In this document: one piece after another, positions 39,347 through 51,254 of the stretch
Numbering within the stretch: position 1 is the first letter of the stretch
Layout: each line of letters begins with the position of its first letter
Assembly (NCBI GenBank): GCA_040285855.1
Contig: JAUFOQ010000004.1
Span: 1,984,001-2,048,000 of the forward strand
Direction: 5' to 3'
Source of the DNA: Eukaryota sp. GEM-RC1
Lineage: Eukaryota
Length of the DNA: 64,000 bases
Made by a program: the position numbers and the translations under genes
The notes under the pieces: model-generated
Told to the model about the DNA's origin: nothing
Databases searched by the model: none
The model's input: the letters and a program-made list of their open reading frames with translations, nothing else

Positions 39347-40487
39347 TCTCCTCCTTAAATGAAGAGCTTTTGTCAGTCCACTCCGATGCTTCTCGTCGTT
39401 TGACCTCTCTGTCTGTGGATTCTGAATCCAGTGTTGCTTCAGTTGGGTCTCCAGATTGCCCTATTTTACAACGCTAACCTTTGGTTGGAAGATACAGTTC
39501 GAGTAATAAGGCTATGAGCTTTACTTAAATCTCACGTCTTTCAACTGGCTATCTACATTTGCGATTTTTGTTTTCCAGCTGGTTTACAGAGTACATATTC
39601 CTTACAGTGTGGCTTAGAGAATGTTAGATTATTTACTCTATTAAAGATGTCCAAAGACCGGTCCTGTGTGTTGAGACAAATACAAAACAAGATGTCATAT
39701 TTATTTAAAGATCATCAAAACAAAATGTAACTAACAACTAATTCTAACCAGTCGTCAGCACCAAGTGATATATCTACATATATTTTTTTCCAGTTTAAAT
39801 TGAGGAGTTTCCGAACAAATTCTGAACAGACAGTTTTAAACAATACAATCTCTTAAGTTAAATAACTAATGCTTCCCTATAGAGAAACCGTGGAAGCATA
39901 ACATTGTTATTGTGGTGTGTTTGTGATATACCACCACCACCAGTTGATTTCCTCCTATTGACTGCACCATTCAAGAAAACTATTTTGGCAATTCTTTGTT
40001 TATAACTGACAGGTTTTTTCCGCACATAGCAATGATTACATATAAAAACACATGTAAACTTACCAAAGAAAATAATCAAAGCATCATTCAGTTACACTGA
40101 ATCTTTCAAAAGCTTTTCCTTGAGAGAAAATGTAATCGTTTTGATTATGAGTCAGTATGTTGATTCCAAAAGTGTAAACAATTGATATTAAGTTGCATTC
40201 TTTCATATACTAATTGATATCTGGTGTTGTTGAAAACTATAGCAAATGTACTACTAAATATGACGTGTCTTATTCGCCAGAGTAGTAGTATTGTATCTGA
40301 ACAGCTGCTAAGCAGCTTTGGTATTGGTGTATCTGTGTGTCACTTTGGAGTTGTATTTGAGATAATGATTGTTCTGACCTAAACGATATTTGAAGTATGT
40401 AATACATTCACCTGATGATGGGGCTTTTGATAAGAAATCATTTATGATTATTGAACAATGTGATCTTTATGTCTAAGGAAAATATCT

Positions 40488-40907
40488 TTAGAAACGCATT
40501 CTATTTTTGTGCAGTGGTTTTAATGACTGTTGTGTTTGACTGTTGATTGAGTTGTTAAGTAGATCGATCCTAGTAACAGAATAATTCACCTTTAAAGCTC
40601 CAGCAATTGCAATAGCGCCTTCACTACCAATTGAATTGTTATTTAGATTGATCCCAGAAACAGACGAATTCACCTTTAAAGCTTCAGCAATTGCAATAGC
40701 GCCTTCAGGACCAATTGAGTTGTTACTTAGATCGATCGTAGAAGCCTCATTTCTCACCATCTGATCATAACAATTCTTCAACTTAGAGCTAAGCTTACTC
40801 CAATCAATAACAAGTTTCTTCTCTTCAACTTGCTGGACAGGAGATACATGTTTAACCGATTTGATTGGTAAAAACAGTGTCATCTTGGGAGGTAGAAGAA
40901 GCAACAC
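40488..40907 (-). CDS. LRR cassette 11 (type A, 3 modules; extra base in the N-terminal linker near 40870)
   Basis: ggtaaaaacag here versus ggtaaaacag in sister copies; LRR part intact. Confidence 0.6.
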   Translation of the reverse strand: MLLLLPPKMTLFLPIKSVKHVSPVQQVEEKKLVIDWSKLSSKLKNCYDQMVRNEASTIDLSNNSIGPEGAIAIAEALKVNSSVSGINLNNNSIGSEGAIAIAGALKVNYSVTRIDLLNNSINSQTQQSLKPLHKNRMRF

Positions 40908-42061
40908 TGGATTCAGAATCCACAGACAGAGAGGTCAAACGACGAGAAGCAGCGGAGTGGACTGACAAAAGTTCTTCATTTAGGGAGGAGATGATGGAGG
41001 ACTGGTGTTGAAGAAGGGTGGAAGTAGTGGTGATGAAGTCTTCGCTAACCTTTGGTTGGAAAATACAGTTTCAGTATTAAGGTTATGAGGTTTTCTGGAC
41101 CTTAAAATCTCACGTTTTTCAACAGGCTTTCTACATTTACGATTTTTGTTTTCCAGCTGGTTTACAGAATACATATTCATACTCATTACAGTGTGGCTTA
41201 GTGAGTGCTAGATAAGTTACTCTATTAAAGATGTACAAAGATCGGTTCTGTGTGTTGAGACAAATACAAAACAAGATGTGACCTTTAATTAAAGACCATT
41301 CACAATCTACGAACAACCAAATTCTAACCAGTTGTTAGCACCAAGTGATATATCTAAATACTTTTTCCAGTTTTCATTGTGGAACTTCTGAACAAATTCT
41401 AAACACAAAGTTTTTAACAATACAAATTCTTAATTTCGTCGACTGTAAACTTCCCCATAAAGAAACCGTGGAAGCAAAACTTTGATATTGTGGTGTGTTC
41501 GTGTTATAACTCCGCCATTTGATTGTCTCCTGCTGACTGCAAACTATTTTGGCAATTCTTTGTCTATAACTAACAGGTTTATTATGCACATGGCAATGAG
41601 TACATATAAAAACACATGTAAAATTATCATTGAAAACAAACAAAGCATCATTTAGTTACATTGAATATTTCAAAAACTTGTTCTTGAGCGAAAATACAAT
41701 CGTGTTAATTATGAGTCAAAATGTTGATGATTCCAAGAGTGTAAACATTCGAAATAATGTAGCATTATTTCAGAAACTAATTACTATCTGGTGTTTTTGA
41801 CAACAATAGTGAATGAACTACTGAACACGATGTGTCTATTCGCCAGAGTAGTCTTGTATCTGAAAATCTGCTAAGCAGTTTTGGTATTGGTTTCTTTGTG
41901 GGTCACTTTGGAGTTGTATTTGAGATAATGATTGCTCTGACCTAAACGATATTTGAAGTGTAATACATTCATTCTTTGATGGCTGATGATGATGGTGCTC
42001 TTGATAAGAAATCATTTATGATTTTTTGAGTAATGTGATTTTATGTCCAAGGAAAATATCT

Positions 42062-43804
42062 TTAGAAATAAATTCTATTCTTGTGTAGTGATTTTAATGA
42101 CTGTTGTGTTTGACTGTCGATTGAGTTGTTCTCTAGATAGATCACAGTAACAGACGAATTCAACTTTAAAGCTTCAGCAATTGCAATAGCGCCTTCATTA
42201 CCAATTGAGTTGTTACCTAGATTGATCACAGTAACAGACGAATTCACCTTTAAAGCTTCAGCAATTGCAATAGCGCATTCATTACCAATTGAGTTGTTAC
42301 CTAGATTGATCACAGTAACAGACGAATTCACCTTTAAAGCTTCAGCAATTGCAATAGCGCCTTCAGGACCAGTTGAGTTGTTATGTAGATAAATCTGAGA
42401 AACAGACGAATTCACCTTTAAAGCTTCAGCAATTGCAATAACGCCTTCATTACCAATTGAGTTGTTATATAGATCGATCACAGTAACAGACGAATTCACC
42501 TTTAAAGCTTCAGCAATTGCAATAGCGCCTTCAGGACCAATTGAGTTGTTATGTAGATAAATCTGAGAAACAGACGAATTCACCTTTAAAGCTTCAGCAA
42601 TTGCAATAGCGCATTCATTACCAATTGAGTTGTTACCTAGATTGATCACAGTAACAGACGAATTCACCTTTAAAGCTTCAGCAATTGCAATAGCGCCTTC
42701 AGGACCAGTTGAGTTGTTATGTAGATAAATCTGAGAAACAGACGAATTCACCTTTAAAGCTTCAGCAATTGCAATAACGCCTTCATTACCAATTGAGTTG
42801 TTATATAGATCGATCACAGTAACAGACGAATTCACCTTTAAAGCTTCAGCAATTGCAATAGCGCCTTCAGGACCAATTGAGTTGTTATGTAGATAAATCT
42901 GAGAAACAGACGAATTCACCTTTAAAGCTTCAGCAATTGCAATAGCGCATTCATTACCAATTGAGTTGTTACCTAGATTGATCACAGTAACAGACGAATT
43001 CACCTTTAAAGCTTCAGCAATTGCAATAGCGCCTTCAGGACCAGTTGAGTTGTTATGTAGATAAATCTGAGAAACAGACGAATTCACCTTTAAAGCTTCA
43101 GCAATTGCAATAACGCCTTCATTACCAATTGAGTTGTTATATAGATCGATCACAGTAACAGACGAATTCACCTTTAAAGCTTCAGCAATTGCAATAGCGC
43201 CTTCAGGACCAATTGAGTTGTTATGTAGATAAATCTGAGAAACAGACGAATTCACCTTTAAAGCTTCAGCAATTGCAATAGCGCCTTCAGGACCAATTGA
43301 GTTGTTATGTAGATCGATCCTACTAACAGACGAATTCACCTTTAAAGCTTCAGCAATTGCAATAGCGCCTTCAGGACCAATTGAGTTGTTATGTAGATAA
43401 ATCTGAGAAACAGACGAATTCACCTTTAAAGCTTCAGCAATTGCAATAACGCCTTCATTACCAATTGAGTTGTTATATAGATAGATATCAGAAACAGACG
43501 AATTCAGCTTTAAAGCTTCTGCAATTGCAATAGCGCCTTCAGGACCAATTGAGTTGTTATCTAGACCGATCGCAGAAACCTCATTTCTCACCATCTGATC
43601 ATAACAGTTCTTCAGCTCAGAGCTCAGCTTTCTCCAATCAATAACAAGTTTCTTCTCTTCAACTTGCTGGACAGGAGACACACTTTCAGCAGACTTGATT
43701 GGTAAAACAAAGGAATCATCTTGAGACCCAACTGAAGCAACACTGGATTCAGAATCCACAGACAGAGAGGTTAAACGACGGGAAGCAGCAGAGTAGACTG
43801 ACAA
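42062..43804 (-). CDS. LRR cassette 12 (type A, 18 modules)
   Basis: 580-aa ORF: 17 full 28-aa repeats plus terminal cap module. Confidence 0.8.
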   Translation of the reverse strand: MSVYSAASRRLTSLSVDSESSVASVGSQDDSFVLPIKSAESVSPVQQVEEKKLVIDWRKLSSELKNCYDQMVRNEVSAIGLDNNSIGPEGAIAIAEALKLNSSVSDIYLYNNSIGNEGVIAIAEALKVNSSVSQIYLHNNSIGPEGAIAIAEALKVNSSVSRIDLHNNSIGPEGAIAIAEALKVNSSVSQIYLHNNSIGPEGAIAIAEALKVNSSVTVIDLYNNSIGNEGVIAIAEALKVNSSVSQIYLHNNSTGPEGAIAIAEALKVNSSVTVINLGNNSIGNECAIAIAEALKVNSSVSQIYLHNNSIGPEGAIAIAEALKVNSSVTVIDLYNNSIGNEGVIAIAEALKVNSSVSQIYLHNNSTGPEGAIAIAEALKVNSSVTVINLGNNSIGNECAIAIAEALKVNSSVSQIYLHNNSIGPEGAIAIAEALKVNSSVTVIDLYNNSIGNEGVIAIAEALKVNSSVSQIYLHNNSTGPEGAIAIAEALKVNSSVTVINLGNNSIGNECAIAIAEALKVNSSVTVINLGNNSIGNEGAIAIAEALKLNSSVTVIYLENNSIDSQTQQSLKSLHKNRIYF

Positions 43805-44898
43805 AAGTTCTTCATTTAGGGAGGAGATGATGGAGGACTGGTGTTGAAGAAGGGTGGAAGTAGTTGTAATGAATTGTTCGTTAATCTGTGGTTGGAAAAT
43901 ACAGTTTGAGTATTAAGGTTATGAGGTTTTTCGGACCTTAAAATCTCACGTTTTTCAACAGGCTTTCTACATTTACGATTTTCGTTTTCCAGCTGGTTTA
44001 CAGAATACATATTCATACTCATTACAGTGTAGCTTAGTGAGTGCTAGATAAGTTACTCTATTAAAGATGTACAAAGATCGGTTCTGTGTGTTGAGACAAA
44101 TACAAAACAAGATGTGACCTTTAATTAAAGAACATTCACAATCTACGAACAACCAAATTCTAACCAGTTGTTAGCACCAAGTGATATATCTAAATACTTT
44201 TTTCCAGTTTTCATTGTGGAACTTCTGAACAAATTCTAAACACAAAGTTTTTAACAATACAAATTCTCAATTTCGTCAACTGTAAACTTCCCCATAAAGA
44301 AACCGTGGAAGCAAAACTTTGATATTGTGGTGTGTTCGTGTTATAACTCCGCCATTTGATTGTCTCCTGCTGACTGCAAACTATTTTGGCAATTCTTTGT
44401 CTATAACTAACAGGTTTATTATGCACATGGCAATGAGTACATATAAAAACACATGTAAAATTATCATTGAAAACAAACAAAGCATCATTTAGTTACATTG
44501 AATCTTTCAAAAACTTGTTCTTGAGCGAAAATACAATCGTGTTAATTATGAGTCAAAATGTTGATGATTCCAAGAGTGTAAACATTCGAAATAATGTAGC
44601 ATTATTTCAGAAACTAATTACTATCTGGTGTTTTTGACAACAATAGTAAATGAACTACTGAACACGATGTGTCTATTCGCCAGAGTAGTGTTGTATCTGA
44701 AAATCTGCTAAGCAGTTTTGGTATTGGTTTCTTTGTGGGTCACTTTGGAGTTGTATTTGAGATAATGATTGCTCTGACCTAAACGATATTTGAAGTGTAA
44801 TACATTCATTCTTTGATGGCTGATGATGATGGGGCTTTTGATAAGAAATCATTTATGATTTTTGAGCAATGTGTTCTTTATGTCTAAGGAAAATATCT

Positions 44899-45423
44899 TT
44901 AGAAACGCATTCTATTTTTGTGCAGTGGTTTTAATGACTGTTGTGTTTGACTGTTGATTGAGTTGTTACATAGATAGATCTCAGTAACAGAAGAATTCAC
45001 CTTTAAAGCTTCAGCAATTGCAATAGCGCCTTCATTACCAATTGAGTTGTTCTCTAGATAGATCTGAGAAACAGAAGAATTCACCTTTAAAGCTTCAGCA
45101 ATTGCAATAGCGCCTTCATTACCAATTGAGTTGTTACCTAGATCGATCACAGTAACAGACGAATTCACCTTTAAAGCTTGAGCAATTGCAATAGCGCCTT
45201 CATTACCAATTGAGTTGTTACCTAGATCGATCACAGTAACAGACGAATGCACCTTTAAAGCTTGAGCAATTGCAATATCGCCTCCAGGACCAATTGAGTT
45301 GGTACCTAGATAGATCTCAGAAACAGAAGAATTCACCTTTAAAGCTTCAGCAATTGCAATAGCGCCTTCAGGACCAATTGAGTTGTTACATAGATTGATC
45401 GTAGACAAATCATTTCCCACCAT
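44899..45423 (-). CDS. LRR cassette 13 (type B, 6 modules)
   Basis: 174-aa ORF. Confidence 0.7.
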   Translation of the reverse strand: MVGNDLSTINLCNNSIGPEGAIAIAEALKVNSSVSEIYLGTNSIGPGGDIAIAQALKVHSSVTVIDLGNNSIGNEGAIAIAQALKVNSSVTVIDLGNNSIGNEGAIAIAEALKVNSSVSQIYLENNSIGNEGAIAIAEALKVNSSVTEIYLCNNSINSQTQQSLKPLHKNRMRF

Positions 45424-46562
45424 TCTCCTCCTTAAATGAAGAGCTTTTGTCAGTCCACTCCGATGCTTCTCGTCGTTTGACCTCTCTGTCTGTGGATTCT
45501 GAATCCAGTGTTGCTTCAGTTGGGTCTCCAGATTGCCCTATTTTACAACGCTAACCTTTGGTTGGAAGATACAGTTCGAGTAATAAGGCTATGAGCTTTA
45601 CTTAAATCTCACGTCTTTCAACTGGCTATCTACATTTGCGATTTTTGTTTTCCAGCTGGTTTACAGAGTACATATTCCTTACAGTGTGGCTTAGAGAATG
45701 TTAGATTATTTACTCTATTAAAGATGTCCAAAGACCGGTCCTGTGTGTTGAGACAAATACAAAACAAGATGTCATATTTATTTAAAGATCATCAAAACAA
45801 AATGTAACTAACAACTAATTCTAACCAGTCGTCAGCACCAAGTGATATATCTACATATATTTTTTTTCCAGTTTAAATTGAGGAGTTTCCGAACAAATTC
45901 TGAACAGACAGTTTTAAACAATACAATCTCTTAAGTTAAATAACTAATGCTTCCCTATAGAGAAACCGTGGAAGCATAACATTGTTATTGTGGTGTGTTT
46001 GTGATATACCACCACCACCAGTTGATTTCCTCCTATTGACTGCACCATTCAAGAAAACTATTTTGGCAATTCTTTGTTTATAACTGACAGGTTTTTTCTG
46101 CACATAGCAATGATTACATATAAAAACACATGTAAACTTACCAAAGAAAATAATCAAAGCATCATTCAGTTACACTGAATCTTTCAAAAGCTTTTCCTTG
46201 AGAGAAAATGTAATCGTTTTGATTATGAGTCAGTATGTTGATTCCAAAAGTGTAAACAATTGATATTAAGTTGCATTCTTTCATATACTAATTGATATCT
46301 GGTGTTGTTGAAAACTATAGCAAATGTACTACTAAATATGACGTGTCTTATTCGCCAGAGTAGTAGTATTGTATCTGAACATCTAAGCAGCTTTGGTATT
46401 GGTGTATCTGTGTGTCACTTTGGAGTTGTATTTGAGATAATGATTGTTCTGACCTAAACGATATTTGAAGTATGTAATACATTCACCTGATGATGGGGCT
46501 TTTGATAAGAAATCATTTATGATTATTGAACAATGTGATCTTTATGTCTAAGGAAAATATCT

Positions 46563-46751
46563 TTAGAAACGCATTCTATTTTTGTGCAGTGGTTTTAATG
46601 ACTGTTGTGTTTGACTGTTGATTGAGTTGTTACCTAGATAGATCTCAGTAACAGAAGAATTCACCTTTAAAGCTTCAGCAATTGGAATAGCGCCTTCACT
46701 ACCAATTGAGTTGCTACGTAGATAGATCCCAGAAACCTCATTTCTCACCAT
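46563..46751 (-). CDS. LRR cassette 14 (type B minimal)
   Basis: 62-aa ORF. Confidence 0.55.
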   Translation of the reverse strand: MVRNEVSGIYLRSNSIGSEGAIPIAEALKVNSSVTEIYLGNNSINSQTQQSLKPLHKNRMRF

Positions 46752-47379
46752 TCTCCTCCTTAAATGAAGAGCTTTTGTCAGTCCACTCTGATGCTTCTCG
46801 TCGTTTGACCTCTCTGTCTGTGGATTCTGAATCCAGTGTTGCTTCAGTTGGGTCTCCAGATTGCCCTATTTTACAACGCTAACCTTTGGTTGGAAGATAC
46901 AGTTCGAGTAATAAGGTTATGAGCTTTACTTAAATCTCACGTCTTTCAACTGGCTATCTACATTTGCGATTTTTGTTTTCCAGCTGGTTTACAGAGTACA
47001 TATTCCTTACAGTGTGGCTTAGAGAATGTTAGATTATTTACTCTATTAAAGATGTCCAAAGACCGGTCCTGTGTGTTGAGACAAATACAAAACAAGATGT
47101 CATATTTAATTAAAGATCATCAAAACAAAATGTAACTAACAACTAATTCTAACCAGTCGTCAGCACCAAGTGATATATCTACATATATTTTTTTCCAGTT
47201 TAAATTGAGGAGTTTCCGAACAAATTCTGAACAAATTTGGAGTTGTATTTGAGATAATGATTGTTCTGACCTAAACGATATTTGAAGTATGTAATACATT
47301 CACCTGATGATGGGGCTTTTGATAAGAAATCATTTATGATTATTGAACAATGTGATCTTTATGTCTAAGGAAAATATCT

Positions 47380-47568
47380 TTAGAAACGCATTCTATTTTT
47401 GTGCAGTGGTTTTAATGACTGTTGTGTTTGACTGTTGATTGAGTTGTTACCTAGATAGATCTCAGTAACAGAAGAATTCACCTTTAAAGCTTCAGCAATT
47501 GGAATAGCGCCTTCACTACCAATTGAGTTGCTACGTAGATAGATCCCAGAAACCTCATTTCTCACCAT
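47380..47568 (-). CDS. LRR cassette 15 (type B minimal)
   Basis: 62-aa ORF. Confidence 0.55.
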   Translation of the reverse strand: MVRNEVSGIYLRSNSIGSEGAIPIAEALKVNSSVTEIYLGNNSINSQTQQSLKPLHKNRMRF

Positions 47569-48586
47569 TCTCCTCCTTAAATGAAGAGCTTTTGTCAGTC
47601 CACTCCGATGCTTCTCGTCGTTTGACCTCTCTGTCTGTGGATTCTGAATCCAGTGTTGCTTCAGTTGGGTCTCCAGATTGCCCTATTTTACAACGCTAAC
47701 CTTTGGTTGGAAGATACAGTTCGCGTAATAAGGTTATGAGCTTTACTTAAATCTCACGTCTTTCAACTGGCTATCTACATTTGCGATTTTTGTTTTCCAG
47801 CTGGTTTACAGAGTACATATTCCTTACAGTGTGGCTTAGTGAATGTTAGATAAGTTACTCTATTAAAGATGTCCAAAGACCGGTTTTGTGTGTTGTGACA
47901 AATACAAAACAAGATGTCACATTTAATGAAAGATCATTAAAATAAAATTTAACGAACAACCTAATTCTAACCAGTAGTTAGCACCAAGAGATATATCACC
48001 AAAACGTTGTTATTGTGGTGTGTTTGTGATATACCACCACCATTTGATTTCCTCCTATCGATTGCACCATTCAATAACACTATTTTGGCAATTCATTGTC
48101 TATAACTAACAGGTTTGTTGCGCACATAAAAATGAATACATATAAAACAAATGTAAAATTACCATTGAAAATAATCAAAGCATCATTCAGTTACAGTGAA
48201 TCTTTCAAAAGCTTTTTCTTGAGAGAAAATACAATTATTTTGATTATGAGTCAGTATGTTGATGATTCCAAAAGTGTAAACAATTGATATTAAGTTGCAT
48301 TCTTTCATATACTAATTGATATCTGGTGTTGTTGAAAACTATAGCAAATGTACTACTAAATATGACGTGTCTTATTCGCCAGAGTAGTAGTATTGTATCT
48401 GAACATCTAAGCAGCTTTGGTATTGGTGTATCTGTGTGTCACTTTGGAGTTGTATTTGAGATAATGATTGTTCTGACCTAAACGATATTTGAAGTATGTA
48501 ATACATTCACCTGATGATGGGGCTTTTGATAAGAAATCATTTATGATTATTGAACAATGTGATCTTTATGTCTAAGGAAAATATCT

Positions 48587-48775
48587 TTAGAAACGCATTC
48601 TATTTTTGTGCAGTGGTTTTAATGACTGTTGTGTTTGACTGTTGATTGAGTTGTTACCTAGATAGATCTCAGTAACAGAAGAATTCACCTTTAAAGCTTC
48701 AGCAATTGGAATAGCACCTTCACTACCAATTGAGTTGCTACGTAGATAGATCCCAGAAACCTCATTTCTCACCAT
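48587..48775 (-). CDS. LRR cassette 16 (type B minimal)
   Basis: 62-aa ORF. Confidence 0.55.
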   Translation of the reverse strand: MVRNEVSGIYLRSNSIGSEGAIPIAEALKVNSSVTEIYLGNNSINSQTQQSLKPLHKNRMRF

Positions 48776-49916
48776 TCTCCTCCTTAAATGAAGAGCTTTT
48801 GTCAGTCCACTCCGATGCTTCTCGTCGTTTGACCTCTCTGTCTGTGGATTCTGAATCCAGTGTTGCTTCAGTTGGGTCTCCAGATTGCCCTATTTTACAA
48901 CGCTAACCTTTGGTTGGAAGATACAGTTCGAGTAATAAGGTTATGAGCTTTACTTAAATCTCACGTCTTTCAACTGGCTATCTACATTTGCGATTTTTGT
49001 TTTCCAGCTGGTTTACAGAGTACATATTCCTTACAGTGTGGCTTAGAGAATGTTAGATTATTTACTCTATTAAAGATGTCCAAAGACCGGTCCTGTGTGT
49101 TGAGACAAATACAAAACAAGATGTCATATTTAATTAAAGATCATCAAAACAAAATGTAACTAACAACTCATTCTAACCAGTCGTCAGCACCAAGTGATAT
49201 ATCTACATATATTTTTTTTCCAGTTTAAATTGAGGAGTTTCCGAACAAATTCTGAACAGACAGTTTTAAACAATACAATCTCTTAAGTTAAATAACTAAT
49301 GCTTCCCTATAGAGAAACCGTGGAGGCATAACATTGTTATTGTGGTGTGTTTGTGATATACCACCACCACCAGTTGATTTCCTCCTATTGACTGCACCAT
49401 TCAAGAAAACTATTTTGGCAATTCTTTGTTTATAACTGACAGGTTTTTTCCGCACATAGCAATGATTACATATAAAAACACATGTAAACTTACCAAAGAA
49501 AATAATCAAAGCATCATTCAGTTACACTGAATCTTTCAAAAGCTTTTCCTTGAGAGAAAATGTAATCGTTTTGATTATGAGTCAGTATGTTGATTCCAAA
49601 AGTGTAAACAATTGATATTAAGTTGCATTCTTTCATATACTAATTGATATCTGGTGTTGTTGAAAACTATAGCAAATGTACTACTAAATATGACGTGTCT
49701 TATTCGCCAGAGTAGTAGTATTGTATCTGAACATCTACTAAGCAGCTTTGGTATTGGTGTATCTGTGTGTCACTTTGGAGTTGTATTTGAGATAATGATT
49801 GTTCTGACCTAAACGATATTTGAAGTATGTAATACATTCACCTGATGATGGGGCTTTTGATAAGAAATCATTTATGATTATTGAACAATGTGATCTTTAT
49901 GTCTAAGGAAAATACT

Positions 49917-50105
49917 TTAGAAACGCATTCTATTTTTGTGCAGTGGTTTTAATGACTGTTGTGTTTGACTGTTGATTGAGTTGTTACCTAGATAGATCTC
50001 AGTAACAGAAGAATTCACCTTTAAAGCTTCAGCAATTGGAATAGCACCTTCACTACCAATTGAGTTGCTACGTAGATAGATCCCAGAAACCTCATTTCTC
50101 ACCAT
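49917..50105 (-). CDS. LRR cassette 17 (type B minimal)
   Basis: 62-aa ORF. Confidence 0.55.
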   Translation of the reverse strand: MVRNEVSGIYLRSNSIGSEGAIPIAEALKVNSSVTEIYLGNNSINSQTQQSLKPLHKNRMRF

Positions 50106-51254
50106 TCTCCTCCTTAAATGAAGAGCTTTTGTCAGTCCACTCCGATGCTTCTCGTCGTTTGACCTCTCTGTCTGTGGATTCTGAATCCAGTGTTGCTTCA
50201 GTTGGGTCTCCAGATTGCCCTATTTTACAACGCTAACCTTTGGTTGGAAGATACAGTTCGAGTAATAAGGTTATGAGCTTTACTTAAATCTCACGTCTTT
50301 CAACTGGCTATCTACATTTGCGATTTTTGTTTTCCAGCTGGTTTACAGAGTACATATTCCTTACAGTGTGGCTTAGAGAATGTTAGATTATTTACTCTAT
50401 TAAAGATGTCCAAAGACCGGTCCTGTGTGTTGAGACAAATACAAAACAAGATGTCATATTTAATTAAAGATCATCAAAACAAAATGTAACTAACAACTAA
50501 TTCTAACCAGTCGTCAGCACCAAGTGATATATCTACATATATTTTTTTTCCAGTTTAAATTGAGGAGTTTCCGAACAAATTCTGAACAGACAGTTTTAAA
50601 CAATACAATCTCTTAAGTTAAATAACTAATGCTTCCCTATAGAGAAACCGTGGAAGTATAACATTGTTATTGTGGTGTGTTTGTGATATACCACCACCAT
50701 TTGATTTCCTCCTATTGACTGCACCATTCAATAACACTATTTTGGCAATTTTTTGTTTATAACTGACAGGTTTTTTCCGCACATAGCAATGATTACATAT
50801 AAAAACACATGTAAACTTACCAAAGAAAATAATCAAAACATCATTCAGTTACACTGAATCTTTCAAAAGCTTTTCCTTGGGAGAAAATGTAATCGTTTTG
50901 ATTATGAGTCAGTATGTTGATTCCAAAAGTGTAAACAATTGATATTAAGTTGCATTATTTCATATACTAATTGATATCTGGTGTTGTTGAAAACAATAGC
51001 AAATGTACTACTAAATATGACGTGTCTTATTCGCCAGAGTAGTAGTATTGTATCTGAACATCTGCTAAGCAGCTTTGGTATTGGTGTATCTGTGTGTCAC
51101 TTTGGAGTTGTATTTGAGATAATGATTGTTCTGACCTAAACGATATTTGAAGTGTAATACATTCATTCTTTGATGGCTGATGATGATGGTGCTCTTGATA
51201 AGAAATCATTTATGATTTTTGAGTAATGTGATTTTATGTCCAAGGAAAATATCT

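Noticed and set aside
42062..43594. CRISPR-like constant repeat with variable spacer
   Set aside because: The period is an in-frame 84-bp LRR, the variable parts are homologous to each other, and there are no cas genes.
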